Shown: positions 29,439 through 39,003, counted from the stretch's first letter. The stretch: DNA of 64,000 bases from Chloroflexota bacterium (GCA_963663275.1 OY760183.1:2208001-2272000); one strand, 5' to 3'. Numbers and translations are program-made. The notes: generated by a model from the sequence alone, not told the origin.

Positions 29439-31184
29439 CTACGCCTCCGGCGCGGTGACGCGGACGGTGATGACGTCGTTGTCTTGATACTGCTTGTGTT
29501 CGACGGAGTCGGCGAATCCGCGCAGCAGGCGCAGGGAGAGTTCCTGTTCGATAGGGGTTTCCGAGTCGTGTTGCTGGAGTTGGCGGATGCGGTCTTCCAG
29601 GTTTTCGTCGTCCCCGCCGCCGATGAACTCCAGGTCCGCCACGAGCCCATCGCTGGAGGCCAGCACGACCAATTGCTTGCCATCGTCCTCTTCTTCTTCC
29701 TCATCCAGGTCCAGGTTCAGCGGCGCCAGGGTCAGGAGGGTCTCTTCCGCCACCGCCATCAGCCGTTCGGTCATAGCGGTGTTCCATCCCCTGCTATTCG
29801 AAAACCTGGTGACGAAGTCGTTGAGATCCGGCAGCGTGTCGATGTGGAGTTGGGACTGGAACCTCATGCTGCGGTGGGAGGTGAACTCCAGGAAGAGCAG
29901 CATGATAATGGCGAGGAACCCGCCAGTGGAGATGCCGCTCTTGAGCAGCGTGTCCAACACCGGGCCCAGCGCCGGCAGGGCGAAGAGCTTGAATTGGAAC
30001 GCGGCGCCAACCCAGAAGGCGACGCCCGCCACGACGACTTTCTGTCGATTCTGCTCGCTCTGTATCACCAGTTGCGCGCCGTCGACGAAGAGCGTGCCGG
30101 TTACCAGGGTCAGGTAGCCGGCCATCACGGGGCCGGGAATGGTGCTGAGCAGGCCGGAGACCTTGGGAATGAAAGCCATGAAGATGAAGAGCGCGCCAAT
30201 GAGGTAGCCGACCCGGCGGGAGGCCACGCTCGTCACCTGCGTAAACGCCACCGTGCCCGGATGTATGATGATGGGCACCGCGCCCGCGATGCCGCTCAGG
30301 ATATTGCCAATGCCGCCCCCGGCCAGGGTGCCTTGCACCTGCCGGAAGTCTATTGCGCGAGGCTCGCGGCTGGAAACCCGCTGGAGGGCGATCGATTCGC
30401 CGTTGGCCTGTATCGAGATGATGATGCCCAGGAAGATGAACGACGGCAGGATAGTCCAGAAGGGGATGCCGAAGTTGGGGGTCAGATCCGGCAACGCGCC
30501 AGGCAGTCCAATCCACGGGGCTTGCAGCACCCGCTCGAATTCGTACGTGCCGAAAGCGGCGGCGGTCAGGCAGCCGACGACGATGCCGATTGGCGCCGCC
30601 CAGAGGCGCAGCGCCGGCGATCCCCGAAAGGTGAGCACCGCGACGACGAGCAGCGTCACCAGCGCGGTCGCCGTGGCCGCCGTCGGCTCCTCCGTGGAGG
30701 CGGCGTCCAGCAGGCCGAAGACGACGGAAGCCAGCGTGATGGAGAGGATCATCATCACCGTGCCGCCCACGGTCGGCGTGACCAGGCGGCGCAAAATGAA
30801 AAGCCACTTGGAGATGATGAGTTGGCAGATACCGGAGACGACGACCAACATGCCCAGAGTCGCCGGCCCGCCGTCCACCACCGCGGTGATGCAGAACGGG
30901 ATGGAGAAGGCCGCCGTGAACATAGGCAGCACGGCGCGGCCGCCCACCGGCCCGATGCGCCGCACTTGCAGCAGCGTCGTAATGCCCACCACGACCAGAG
31001 AGGCAAAGACCATCCAAATCAGGTAGGAGTCGTCGCGTCCCGAGGCCTTTGCCACGATGACGGGCGTCACCAGCAGCGTGGCGGAGGCAAGCAAACTGAA
31101 CTGGAACCCATACCCCAGACTTGCCAGGAAGGGCGGGTTTTCGTGCGCCTCGTAGCGCGGGTTTTGAGAAACTGTTGCCGCGAT
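29439..31184 (-). CDS. NCS2 (xanthine/uracil) permease fused to a C-terminal degenerate RsbW-like HATPase domain
   Basis: NCS2 motifs 'RYEAHENPP..LGYGFQ', 'TTLLQ..RIG', 'PTVGGTV', 'TSVASRRVG', 'IPGPVM'. The frame stays open upstream of the listed TTG (31094) to an ATC at 31184 behind GGGAGG. Confidence 0.8.
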   Translation of the reverse strand: MAATVSQNPRYEAHENPPFLASLGYGFQFSLLASATLLVTPVIVAKASGRDDSYLIWMVFASLVVVGITTLLQVRRIGPVGGRAVLPMFTAAFSIPFCITAVVDGGPATLGMLVVVSGICQLIISKWLFILRRLVTPTVGGTVMMILSITLASVVFGLLDAASTEEPTAATATALVTLLVVAVLTFRGSPALRLWAAPIGIVVGCLTAAAFGTYEFERVLQAPWIGLPGALPDLTPNFGIPFWTILPSFIFLGIIISIQANGESIALQRVSSREPRAIDFRQVQGTLAGGGIGNILSGIAGAVPIIIHPGTVAFTQVTSVASRRVGYLIGALFIFMAFIPKVSGLLSTIPGPVMAGYLTLVTGTLFVDGAQLVIQSEQNRQKVVVAGVAFWVGAAFQFKLFALPALGPVLDTLLKSGISTGGFLAIIMLLFLEFTSHRSMRFQSQLHIDTLPDLNDFVTRFSNSRGWNTAMTERLMAVAEETLLTLAPLNLDLDEEEEEDDGKQLVVLASSDGLVADLEFIGGGDDENLEDRIRQLQQHDSETPIEQELSLRLLRGFADSVEHKQYQDNDVITVRVTAPEA

Positions 31185-31352
31185 AGCACGTGCCTCCCGG
31201 TGCGGATTGCGTCAGCGAGTGGGGAAGGCGCTACGCAATCCTTGCGTTGGCTCTCTCATTATAGTATGCCCGCAGGGAATCACAAATGGCGGCAATGCGC
31301 CGGACTTGCGCGGTAAACGGAACGCGCGGCTGCCAGGTGTTTGCGCTTGCGT

Positions 31353-32168
31353 TCAGTCCCGTTCGTTGTCTCGCAGGCGCTCTTCCAGCCGTTGCAGCGC
31401 GTCTTGCGTGGCGCGCAGTTCATCCAGGAGTTCCTCCCGCGATACCGGACTCTGTAATTCGCGGAGACGATCCAGCTTGGCCTCGTCCAGGTTGTTTATG
31501 ATGATGGCGATGAAGAGGTTGATCACGACGAACGTGCCCACGACGACGAAGCTGACGAAGTAGACCCAGGCCAGAGGATGCAATTCCATGGCCTTGAACA
31601 TGACCACCGTCCACCCCTCCAGCGTGATGATATTGAAGAGCGTGAGAACCGCCATCCCCAGGTTGCGCCAGTTTTCCGGATCGTGGGCGCTGAAGAGGTG
31701 GTAGCCGATGATGGCGTAAATGTACACGATGATGCTCATGAGCAGCATCACGTGCCCCACGCTGGGAATCGAGTGCACGAGCGCGGTGACGATCAGCCGC
31801 AGGTCGCGAATGGTGGAGACCAGCCGCAGCACGCGCAGCAGCCGCACCAGACGGGCAATGGTGGCGAACTGTCCGGTCACCGGTATCAGGGCGAGCGCGA
31901 TCACCAGAAAGTCGAAGACGTTCCAGCCGTCTCGAAAGTAGCCGGCGACCCGCGGAGAGGACCCGGCCATCTTGAGCAGCGCCTCCAAGACGAAGATGGC
32001 TAGCGCTACTTCATAGGCCCGGTTAATCCAGTCGCCGTATTGCTCATCGATCGAAGGAGACGTGCCGACACCGAGCAGCGCGGCATTGACGATGATGACC
32101 GCAACGATGCCCGCTTCAAACGCGCGGGCGTTCGTAACGCGCTGTGCAAAGTCTGCGAATCTGTTCAC
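31353..32168 (-). CDS. BacNav-type voltage-gated cation channel (6TM ion transporter)
   Basis: S3 'DGWNVFDF', S4 'RLVRLLRVLRLVSTIRDLR', filter 'TLEGWTV', S6 'INLFIAIIINNL', C-terminal coiled coil. Confidence 0.9.
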   Translation of the reverse strand: MNRFADFAQRVTNARAFEAGIVAVIIVNAALLGVGTSPSIDEQYGDWINRAYEVALAIFVLEALLKMAGSSPRVAGYFRDGWNVFDFLVIALALIPVTGQFATIARLVRLLRVLRLVSTIRDLRLIVTALVHSIPSVGHVMLLMSIIVYIYAIIGYHLFSAHDPENWRNLGMAVLTLFNIITLEGWTVVMFKAMELHPLAWVYFVSFVVVGTFVVINLFIAIIINNLDEAKLDRLRELQSPVSREELLDELRATQDALQRLEERLRDNERD

Positions 32169-32429
32169 TGTCGCACGTCGCTGCCAGTTTCACTTGCACG
32201 GCGGGAACAACGGGCCGGCTGCCCGGACATGCCGCTCGCATCCCCCAGCGCGCCCACGTACGAGGCTTCTCGAAGCAGAGGAACCTCTTCGCCGGAGATG
32301 TGGGCGCCGCTTCTATATTCGTTTGCGTCAGCATTATGCCATACCTTGGCGGTAACGGCAGCGGCACGGCAAAGCGAGACGTCGCGCGCAGCGCAATGGC
32401 TACGTGCAGTTTTGCGTTAAGGACTATCA

Positions 32430-32457
32430 TTGCTAATCCAAAGAGTGCTATTATAAT
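32430..32457 (+). promoter_or_regulatory. sigma70-like promoter TTGCTA-16-TATAAT
   Basis: Perfect -10 hexamer in an AT-rich patch of the divergent intergenic region. Confidence 0.45.
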
Positions 32458-32851
32458 GACAGCAAAAGCATAGATCTGACCCCGTTAGGCGATTCTGCGC
32501 TCTGAGGAAGAGGATACCAACTGCTATCTGGTCGAGCGGTAGATCTGGCGTTGGTTGCGTCAGCACTTTGCCGCGGCTTCAGGCAAGGTCGGCAGAGTGG
32601 GGGCCAAGCGCGAGATTGGCAGACTGTAGCCGTCCGCGAACTCTCAGGATGGTGTAAACTTGCAATTGAAGAGAGTGCGGTCCCGGTTAGAGACGAGGTG
32701 GCTCAGGAGCACAACGCGCGCAGACGGCAGGATGCCCTTGCGACTAAGAGCAGGCGGATGAGGGGCACGGCTGGCCCGGATACCGAAATGCCATGGCGCG
32801 CAGCGCGGCTATGGCAAAAGCGTCAGCACAACACGCAAAGGGAGCCCGCAG

Positions 32852-33685
32852 ATGGTGGATACACGTTCTGCAACACCCGACTATACGATGGGCTTCAGCG
32901 GCCCTTATCTCAGAGCCATTCGCAGTTCCACTGCGGAGTCTAATGCCGCCTATCTGCTCCCCTATCTCCGGCCCGGCCAGCGCGTGCTCGACTTTGGTTG
33001 CGGTCCGGGCACCATTTCTATTGGGCTGGCCGAGGCCGTAGCTCCCGGTGAACTGCACGGCATCGACATGGAAGTGTCGCAGATTGCCTTGGCTCGCTCC
33101 CTGGCCGAAGAGTCTGAGCACTCTAACGCTACATTCCACGTAGGCGACGTGACCGCACTCCCTTTCGCGGACGGCTTCTTCGACGTCGCCCATTGCCACA
33201 ACGTGCTGATGCACGTGCCGCAGACCCACGCCGTGCTGAGCGAGGTGAAACGAGTATTGAAGCCCGGCGGCATTCTGGCCTGCCGTGAAATGATCTGCGA
33301 GTCGAGCTTTACACATCCAGACTTTGGCGCGATTCGAAAGTCATGGGAGTTATTTGAAGACTTGCTCGCCTCCGATGACGGACATCCCCAGATGGGCAAG
33401 GAAATGAAGGGCCACATTCTTGCCGCCGGCTTTGCGCACGTTCGTCTGACCGGCTCGTTGAGCACGTACAGCACGCCCGAAGAGACCGGCTACGTCGTTG
33501 AATTAGTCAATGGGTGGCTCTTGTCGCCCGAGATTGCGGATGCGGCAATCAAATACGGGGCGTCGACCATGGAACTGTGCGACAGGATACGCATCGCCTA
33601 CGAGAAGTGGAAATCGCACCCCGCAGCCTTTGCCGCAATCGCGTACGGCGAAATGGTGGCCAGGAAACCTTCCTCACCGGATTGA
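32852..33685 (+). CDS. class I SAM-dependent methyltransferase (UbiE-like)
   Basis: 'VLDFGCGPGTISIGLA', 'RVLKPGG'. Paralog of 24598-25419. Confidence 0.9.
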   Translation: MVDTRSATPDYTMGFSGPYLRAIRSSTAESNAAYLLPYLRPGQRVLDFGCGPGTISIGLAEAVAPGELHGIDMEVSQIALARSLAEESEHSNATFHVGDVTALPFADGFFDVAHCHNVLMHVPQTHAVLSEVKRVLKPGGILACREMICESSFTHPDFGAIRKSWELFEDLLASDDGHPQMGKEMKGHILAAGFAHVRLTGSLSTYSTPEETGYVVELVNGWLLSPEIADAAIKYGASTMELCDRIRIAYEKWKSHPAAFAAIAYGEMVARKPSSPD

Positions 33686-33958
33686 ACGCAGCGCCGCGGC
33701 CCCGGGTAGCCGGTCCTTGGGCAAACTCGACGCGACGGAACCGCCCCGGTTCCGGATTCTGATTCCCCTATTGCCACCGTTGTCGTCACGTATCGAGGGA
33801 CGCTGTCGTTGGAGGCTTGTCATCCTCGCGGAACCGGCTGAGCCGGAGGAGGGCCGGCTTCGAGAACTGGGCACGTTTCCGCTAGGATAGATTACGTCGC
33901 TGGAACTCCGGTTGGCGGCGCCCGATACCCCACCCGGTCTTTCAAATAGAGGGTTGCC

Positions 33959-36427
33959 ATGAATAACGTGCTTGGCGGGCTGAGTTGGCTGGTTACGGTT
34001 CGTCCCTGGATCACGCTCCTCGTTCTTCTCCTGATAACCGTTGCGCTGGGCGCGGGAGTGCGGGTGCGAGAGCCTCTTGCGGATGCTGAATCATCCCTTC
34101 CCGAGGGCAGCGCGACTACCAAGGCCATCGAGGAAATCGATAGGCTCTTTGGAGATTCCGGTGAAGTCAGAGGGGTGACGCTGCTCTTCCGCGGCGATGC
34201 GCTCACGCCGGCGGGGCTGGCGCAGATGGCGGCCCTGCTCGACGACATCGCCGCCGACCCGGCCGTGGCGGACTTGCTGACGCCGGCCCAAGCGATGGCC
34301 GCGCCTTCGTTGCTCGTAAAGTCCCTGCTTCAGGTGGATGAATTCGAGACTGTCACGCAGGCTGAGATAGACTCCGCCCGCGAAACGCCGGGTGTGCGGC
34401 AGGCGCTGGACGCGATGACCGGGGTGGACGCGGAAGGAGTTCCGGTTGCGGTGGCCAGCATCCGCTTGCGCAACACGGGCGACGACTTCCTCGAAGACGC
34501 GGAGTGGAAGATCTATGATCTCGCGCAAGAAAGTGAAGGGCCGCTGCGTGTAAGCAGCATCTCGTTTGAGGTGTTGCTGGAAGAATCGAGAGTGGCCGCG
34601 GAGACCGGAATGCTGCCGCTGGTAGGCTTGGCGTTCGTGGTGATTGCGGTGCTGCTCTTGCTCTTCACGCGCTCGATTCTCGATGTGCTGCTCACGTTAG
34701 CGGGCCTATTCATCGGGGTGATCTGGATCATTGGGTCCGAAGGCTGGATCGGGCCGGGGGGCTTGGGCATTACCGGCCCGCCAACCACGCTTACGTCGAT
34801 GGTGCCGGTCATCATCCTCAGCCTCACCGTGGACTACGCTATTCAGACCGTATCGCATTACCGCGAGCAGCGGAATGAAGGCATGGCCGTAATCGGGGCG
34901 GTCCAAACTGGCATGCGCAACGTCACAGTCCCGCTGGTGTTGGCTGCCGTGACCACGATTGTGAGCTTCCTGGCGGGCCTGTTTTCCCCCGTAAAGATCG
35001 TTGGCGACTTTGGCATCGTCGCGGGCATGGGCGTGGGGATGAGCCTGATCGTGATGCTGACGCTGCTCCCGGCCTGCCGGACGATCATCGACCGGCGGCG
35101 TGAGGCGCGCGGCACGTTGCGGGCGCCGCGCTTGATTTCGACCTCATTGCCCGGCGTAGAGCGGGCGGCGGAGTGGCTGGGAAGAGAGGTCACGCGCGCG
35201 CCGTTGCCCTATCTCCTGCTTGTCGGGGTGGCAACCATCGCGCTTGCGTTCTCTGCCAGAGGGCTCAGGGCGGAGTTCAGCATCCGCGACGTTCTTCCCA
35301 GAGATGGAAGCGTGCTGCGGGACGTGACGACCCTCGACCAAGCCATCGGCGGCACAACGGAGATGGTCAACATCCTCGTCTCGGCTGAAGCCACCGACAC
35401 GCTCACGTTTCTGAACCTGCAAGAATTCGCGGACGCATTTGAGAACGAAGATCTCCGCCCGAGCGCGGCGGCGGGCCCCATTCAGGCATCGTACGAGTTG
35501 CTGATACGCGACTGGATCAACGACAGCGGCGAACCCGGCGACAAGTACGATCCGGAACTCGCCGCACTCTTCAAGGAAGCATCGCTCAGCTTGCAACTTG
35601 ACACGCAGCTTATGCAGCAGATCCTCGACAGAATCCGGGAAATGGATCCCGCGCTCGCGCGCACACTGGTCGACAATCCGGCCGGCGACGACGCCATGCT
35701 GCTGCAATTCCCGGCCTACACGGGCGTTCCCGAGGCGTCGAGGACGATCCAGGAAGACATCGAGGCGCTGTGGCACGGCGACGATAGCGCCATCACCGCC
35801 ACGTCGGATACCATCGTTTCATTCGTGGTTACGGACGCGATCAGGGACCGGCAGACGGAGTCCATCGGCACCACGGTCGCGGTTGCCCTCGGTGTCCTGG
35901 CGCTTTTCTTCTGGTTGACTGTGCGCCAGCCGTCGCTGGCCGTCATCGCGGTGGGGCCGACGTTCCTCGTGCTCATCTCGGTGCTGGGCACGATGGCGCT
36001 GCTGGACATTCCCTACACAGTCGTCACGTCGATCATCACGGCGCTTTCGATCGGCATCGGGGTTGACTATACCATCCACATAATTCACCGCTATCGTGAT
36101 GAGTACACGCGCCGGCGCGACCCGGAACAAGCGGCGATACGGACGCTCGCGACCACGGGTTCGGCGTTGCTGGGCTCCGCTCTGACGACGGGGCTTGGTA
36201 TCGGTGTAATGATCGCGTCCCCGCTGCTGGCGTCGCAGCAGTTCGCTATCACGGCCGCGATTACGATCGCGTACTCCCTGATCGCCTCCATCCTGGTGGT
36301 GCCGCCCGCGATGGCTGTCTGGGGCGCCTACCAGAACACGCGCCTGCGCTCGAACTTGCGGCACATGGCAGACGACCTCGATCGGGAAATCGAAGCCGTG
36401 TTCCAGCGCCAAGGGCAGGAAACGTAG
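33959..36427 (+). CDS. MMPL/RND-superfamily transporter
   Basis: Two repeats of TM, large loop and 5 TM segments; 'LTVDYAI' and 'GIGVDYTIH' motifs. Confidence 0.9.
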   Translation: MNNVLGGLSWLVTVRPWITLLVLLLITVALGAGVRVREPLADAESSLPEGSATTKAIEEIDRLFGDSGEVRGVTLLFRGDALTPAGLAQMAALLDDIAADPAVADLLTPAQAMAAPSLLVKSLLQVDEFETVTQAEIDSARETPGVRQALDAMTGVDAEGVPVAVASIRLRNTGDDFLEDAEWKIYDLAQESEGPLRVSSISFEVLLEESRVAAETGMLPLVGLAFVVIAVLLLLFTRSILDVLLTLAGLFIGVIWIIGSEGWIGPGGLGITGPPTTLTSMVPVIILSLTVDYAIQTVSHYREQRNEGMAVIGAVQTGMRNVTVPLVLAAVTTIVSFLAGLFSPVKIVGDFGIVAGMGVGMSLIVMLTLLPACRTIIDRRREARGTLRAPRLISTSLPGVERAAEWLGREVTRAPLPYLLLVGVATIALAFSARGLRAEFSIRDVLPRDGSVLRDVTTLDQAIGGTTEMVNILVSAEATDTLTFLNLQEFADAFENEDLRPSAAAGPIQASYELLIRDWINDSGEPGDKYDPELAALFKEASLSLQLDTQLMQQILDRIREMDPALARTLVDNPAGDDAMLLQFPAYTGVPEASRTIQEDIEALWHGDDSAITATSDTIVSFVVTDAIRDRQTESIGTTVAVALGVLALFFWLTVRQPSLAVIAVGPTFLVLISVLGTMALLDIPYTVVTSIITALSIGIGVDYTIHIIHRYRDEYTRRRDPEQAAIRTLATTGSALLGSALTTGLGIGVMIASPLLASQQFAITAAITIAYSLIASILVVPPAMAVWGAYQNTRLRSNLRHMADDLDREIEAVFQRQGQET

Positions 36428-36483
36428 GCGACGGCGCTGGGAACGTTGTGGAGGATTGGTTTGGTTGGCGGTTGGGAGCCAGG

Positions 36484-36770
36484 CTACCACGTCGTCCGCG
36501 TCTTCCAGGCGCTGACGAGCCGGTTCTGCACCGAGCGCACGCGCACTGCACTTCGTAGCCTACGGCGCCAGTGGCCCCGGACGGCCGGTCCCACCAGACC
36601 TGGAGCGAGCCGTCCTGATACTGCGCGTCGGCGCTCACCGGGTTCCCGATGGGGCGTGCCCACACGCGGAGGGAGCCGCTCTTCTCGGCCCGCGCGCGCA
36701 GCGCCGAGATTGGGTTGGCGGTGGTGGACGTAACCGTGGCGGTCACGTTCGCGGTGGTGGAGGGGTTGCC
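36484..36770 (-). pseudogene. remnant of a fibronectin type III-domain protein
   Basis: 'DGSLQVWWDRPSGATGAVGYEVQ' continues after a frame change as 'VRVRSVQNRLVSAW..*'; the middle strands are missing. Confidence 0.45.
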
Positions 36771-36825
36771 ATTACCATGGCACGCACCGTCGATGCGAGA
36801 CTACGGCGCGCTTCAGAGGCATTGA

Positions 36826-36900
36826 TGGTGGACCGAGGGGGATTTGAACCCCCGACTTCTGCGATGCGAACGCAGCGCTCTCCCACTGAGCTACCGGCCC
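36826..36900 (-). tRNA. tRNA-Ala (CGC)
   Basis: Reverse complement GGGCCGGTAGCTCAGTGGGAGAGCGCTGCGTT-CGC-ATCGCAGAAGTCGGGGGTTCAAATCCCCCTCGGTCCACCA, with the G3:U70 identity pair. Confidence 0.97.
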
Positions 36901-36905
36901 ATTTG

Positions 36906-36940
36906 CCCTCACCCTAACCCTCTCCCACGGGGAGAGGGGA
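36906..36940. repeat. boxC-like palindromic repeat
   Basis: CCCTCACCCTAACCCTCTCCCACGGGGAGAGGGGA, 5 nt from the tRNA-Ala 5' end. Confidence 0.8.
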
Positions 36941-37025
36941 CAAGAGCGGAGTTTCGGACTGCCAATCAATCTGAACGCTGCCCGCCACGTTCACTCGGAA
37001 CTGGCGCCAATACTGGGAACTGGCG

Positions 37026-37283
37026 CTACCCCTGGGGCACGATGATGGCGCGCTTGGTGTCGCGGCCAAAGGTCTGAAATCTGACAACGCCGTCCACTTT
37101 GGCGAAGAGAGTGTGGTCTTTGCCGATGCCGACGTTTTCGCCGGCGCGAATAGGCGTGCCGCGCTGGCGCACCAGGATGTTGCCGGCGCGGACGAACTGC
37201 CCGTCGGTGCGCTTGACTCCCAATCGGCGTCCGGCGCTGTCGCGACCGTTGCGGCTGCTGCCGCCAGCTTTCTTCTGTGCCAT
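37026..37283 (-). CDS. rpmA: 50S ribosomal protein L27
   Basis: '[21 protein letters not shown]', '[10 protein letters not shown]', 'KDHTLFA'. Confidence 0.98.
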   Translation of the reverse strand: MAQKKAGGSSRNGRDSAGRRLGVKRTDGQFVRAGNILVRQRGTPIRAGENVGIGKDHTLFAKVDGVVRFQTFGRDTKRAIIVPQG

Positions 37284-37319
37284 TGTTTACATGCTCCCAG
37301 TTTCCTCGTACTCTTTTCG

Positions 37320-37354
37320 CCCTCACCCCGGCCCTCTCCCGCGGGGAGAGGGGG
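37320..37354. repeat. boxC-like palindromic repeat between rplU and rpmA
   Basis: CCCTCACCCCGGCCCTCTCCCGCGGGGAGAGGGGG. Confidence 0.8.
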
Positions 37355-37379
37355 TTCTTTGAAGAGGTTGCTTGCGGCG

Positions 37380-37691
37380 CTAGGCGTCGATGGAATCGAT
37401 CTCGAGTATGGTGCGCGTGTGGCGGTGGCCGGAAAGCCGCCGGTACCGGTTCTTGGGCTTGTACTTGAACACCAGCACCTTGTCGTCCTTCTCTTCCCGC
37501 ACCACCTGGGCGCGGACGCTGGCGCCGGCAACCACCGGCGTGCCCACGGCGACGCCGGCGTCGGTGGACGCCAGCAGCACGGAATCCAGCGTAACCTCAC
37601 TGCCCGGATCCGCGTCGAGTCTCTCTACGGCGATGCGATCGCCGGGGCTGACACGGTACTGCTTGCCGGCGATTTCAACGACTGCGAACAC
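37380..37691 (-). CDS. rplU: 50S ribosomal protein L21
   Basis: 'FAVVEIAGKQYRV', 'VFKYKPK..YRR..GHR'; GTG start after GAGGAG. Confidence 0.96.
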   Translation of the reverse strand: MFAVVEIAGKQYRVSPGDRIAVERLDADPGSEVTLDSVLLASTDAGVAVGTPVVAGASVRAQVVREEKDDKVLVFKYKPKNRYRRLSGHRHTRTILEIDSIDA

Positions 37692-37861
37692 GGCGCTCCT
37701 CATCGATCCCTGTGACGTGCAAACGTTTGTATTCTCACTACGGGCCGAAAGCGCGCCTACCCAAAGGCGCGCATTGCCCCGCATTGCTTAGAATAGCAAG
37801 CGCGCGGCGCGGCGTCAACAACCGGCTTCGTCGCTATGGCTAGCAGGATACGTCAGCGCGA

Positions 37862-38986
37862 CTACGGCAGTTCATGATGGAGCGACGTGAGCTTGTCGGG
37901 ATTGAGCGTCACGCCCAGGCCCGCGCCGCGCGGCACCCGCAGATGCCCGTCGTCCCATTCCCACGGCTCCACCAGCACGTCGTCGGTGTACATCAGCGGC
38001 CCGATGAGGTCCGACGGCCAGTCTACGCGCCACGACGACGCGGCGAGGGCCAGTTGCGCCGCGGTGCCGACGCCGAGTTCAACCGTGCTGCCCAGCAGGA
38101 CGTGCAGTCCGGCGGCCTCGGCGACCGCGATGACCTTCTTGGCGCGGTAGATGCCGCCGCAGCCCACGGTGGATACGTTGAAAACGTCCACCGCTTCATT
38201 GCGCACGAGTTCGAGCGCGTACTCCTGCGTGCTCACGTGCTCCAGGATGGGCGTGTCTATTGCTTGGCGCACCTGGGCCATGCCGGCGACGTTTTCCTTG
38301 TCGATCGGCGTCTCTATGCCTGCCAGGTTGTACTTCTCCAGACGGCGCATGTTGGCGATGGCCTCGTCCACGTCCCAGGCGGCGTTGGCATCCAGTTTGA
38401 GATTCAAATCGTCGCCGCCGATCTCGCGAAAGAGCTTGATGCGCGCTTCGTCCAGGTCGATGTCTCGGCCTACTTTGAACTTGAACGCGTTGAAGCCCTG
38501 CGCCAGCTTTTCCTCGATCTCCGGGACCATGGCTTCCGGCGCGCGGATGTAGGCCACCCAGGAGACCCAGACGCTCTCCCGCAGGCGACCCCCGGCCAAG
38601 GCGGTGGCGGACGCGCCGTAGGCCTTGCCCAAGATGTCGTAGCAGGCGGAGTCTATCGCACAATTCACGAGCCCGCCTTGGTCCACTTCCAAAGTAAGAC
38701 GTTCCTGGTCGGTCGGGTCCCGTCCTACGAGCAGCGAGCGCAGTTTCGCGGCGACGTTTTCAGCCTCCATCGGGGAGCCGTCAGTGAGGCGCGATCCTGG
38801 AGCGAAGTCGGAAATCTCACCGAGGCCCACGATGCCGGCGTCGGTTTCGACTTCCAAGATGTGGAAGTACGATAGTTCCACGGGTTGCGCGTCGGGATTC
38901 TGGCGACCCTCTTGGCCGCCGGAGGTGAGCGTGCCGTACTGCCGCGAGACGGCAACGGGATGGACGCGAACGTCTACGATCTTCAC
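37862..38986 (-). CDS. enolase-superfamily enzyme (muconate cycloisomerase/dipeptide epimerase-like)
   Basis: 'ETDAGIVGLGE', 'FKFKVG', 'DANAAW', 'PRGAGLGV'; GTG at 38986 after GAGGAGG. Confidence 0.85.
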   Translation of the reverse strand: MKIVDVRVHPVAVSRQYGTLTSGGQEGRQNPDAQPVELSYFHILEVETDAGIVGLGEISDFAPGSRLTDGSPMEAENVAAKLRSLLVGRDPTDQERLTLEVDQGGLVNCAIDSACYDILGKAYGASATALAGGRLRESVWVSWVAYIRAPEAMVPEIEEKLAQGFNAFKFKVGRDIDLDEARIKLFREIGGDDLNLKLDANAAWDVDEAIANMRRLEKYNLAGIETPIDKENVAGMAQVRQAIDTPILEHVSTQEYALELVRNEAVDVFNVSTVGCGGIYRAKKVIAVAEAAGLHVLLGSTVELGVGTAAQLALAASSWRVDWPSDLIGPLMYTDDVLVEPWEWDDGHLRVPRGAGLGVTLNPDKLTSLHHELP

Positions 38987-39003
38987 AAGCCTTCCTCCTC
39001 GCG

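Noticed and set aside
29406-31316. 636-aa plus-strand ORF and similar long antisense ORFs throughout the window
   Set aside because: Shadow ORFs opposite well-supported genes, expected in high-GC DNA, with no recognisable motifs.
36906-36926. Telomere-like TTAGGG sequence
   Set aside because: A single occurrence inside a boxC-like repeat, not a tandem array.
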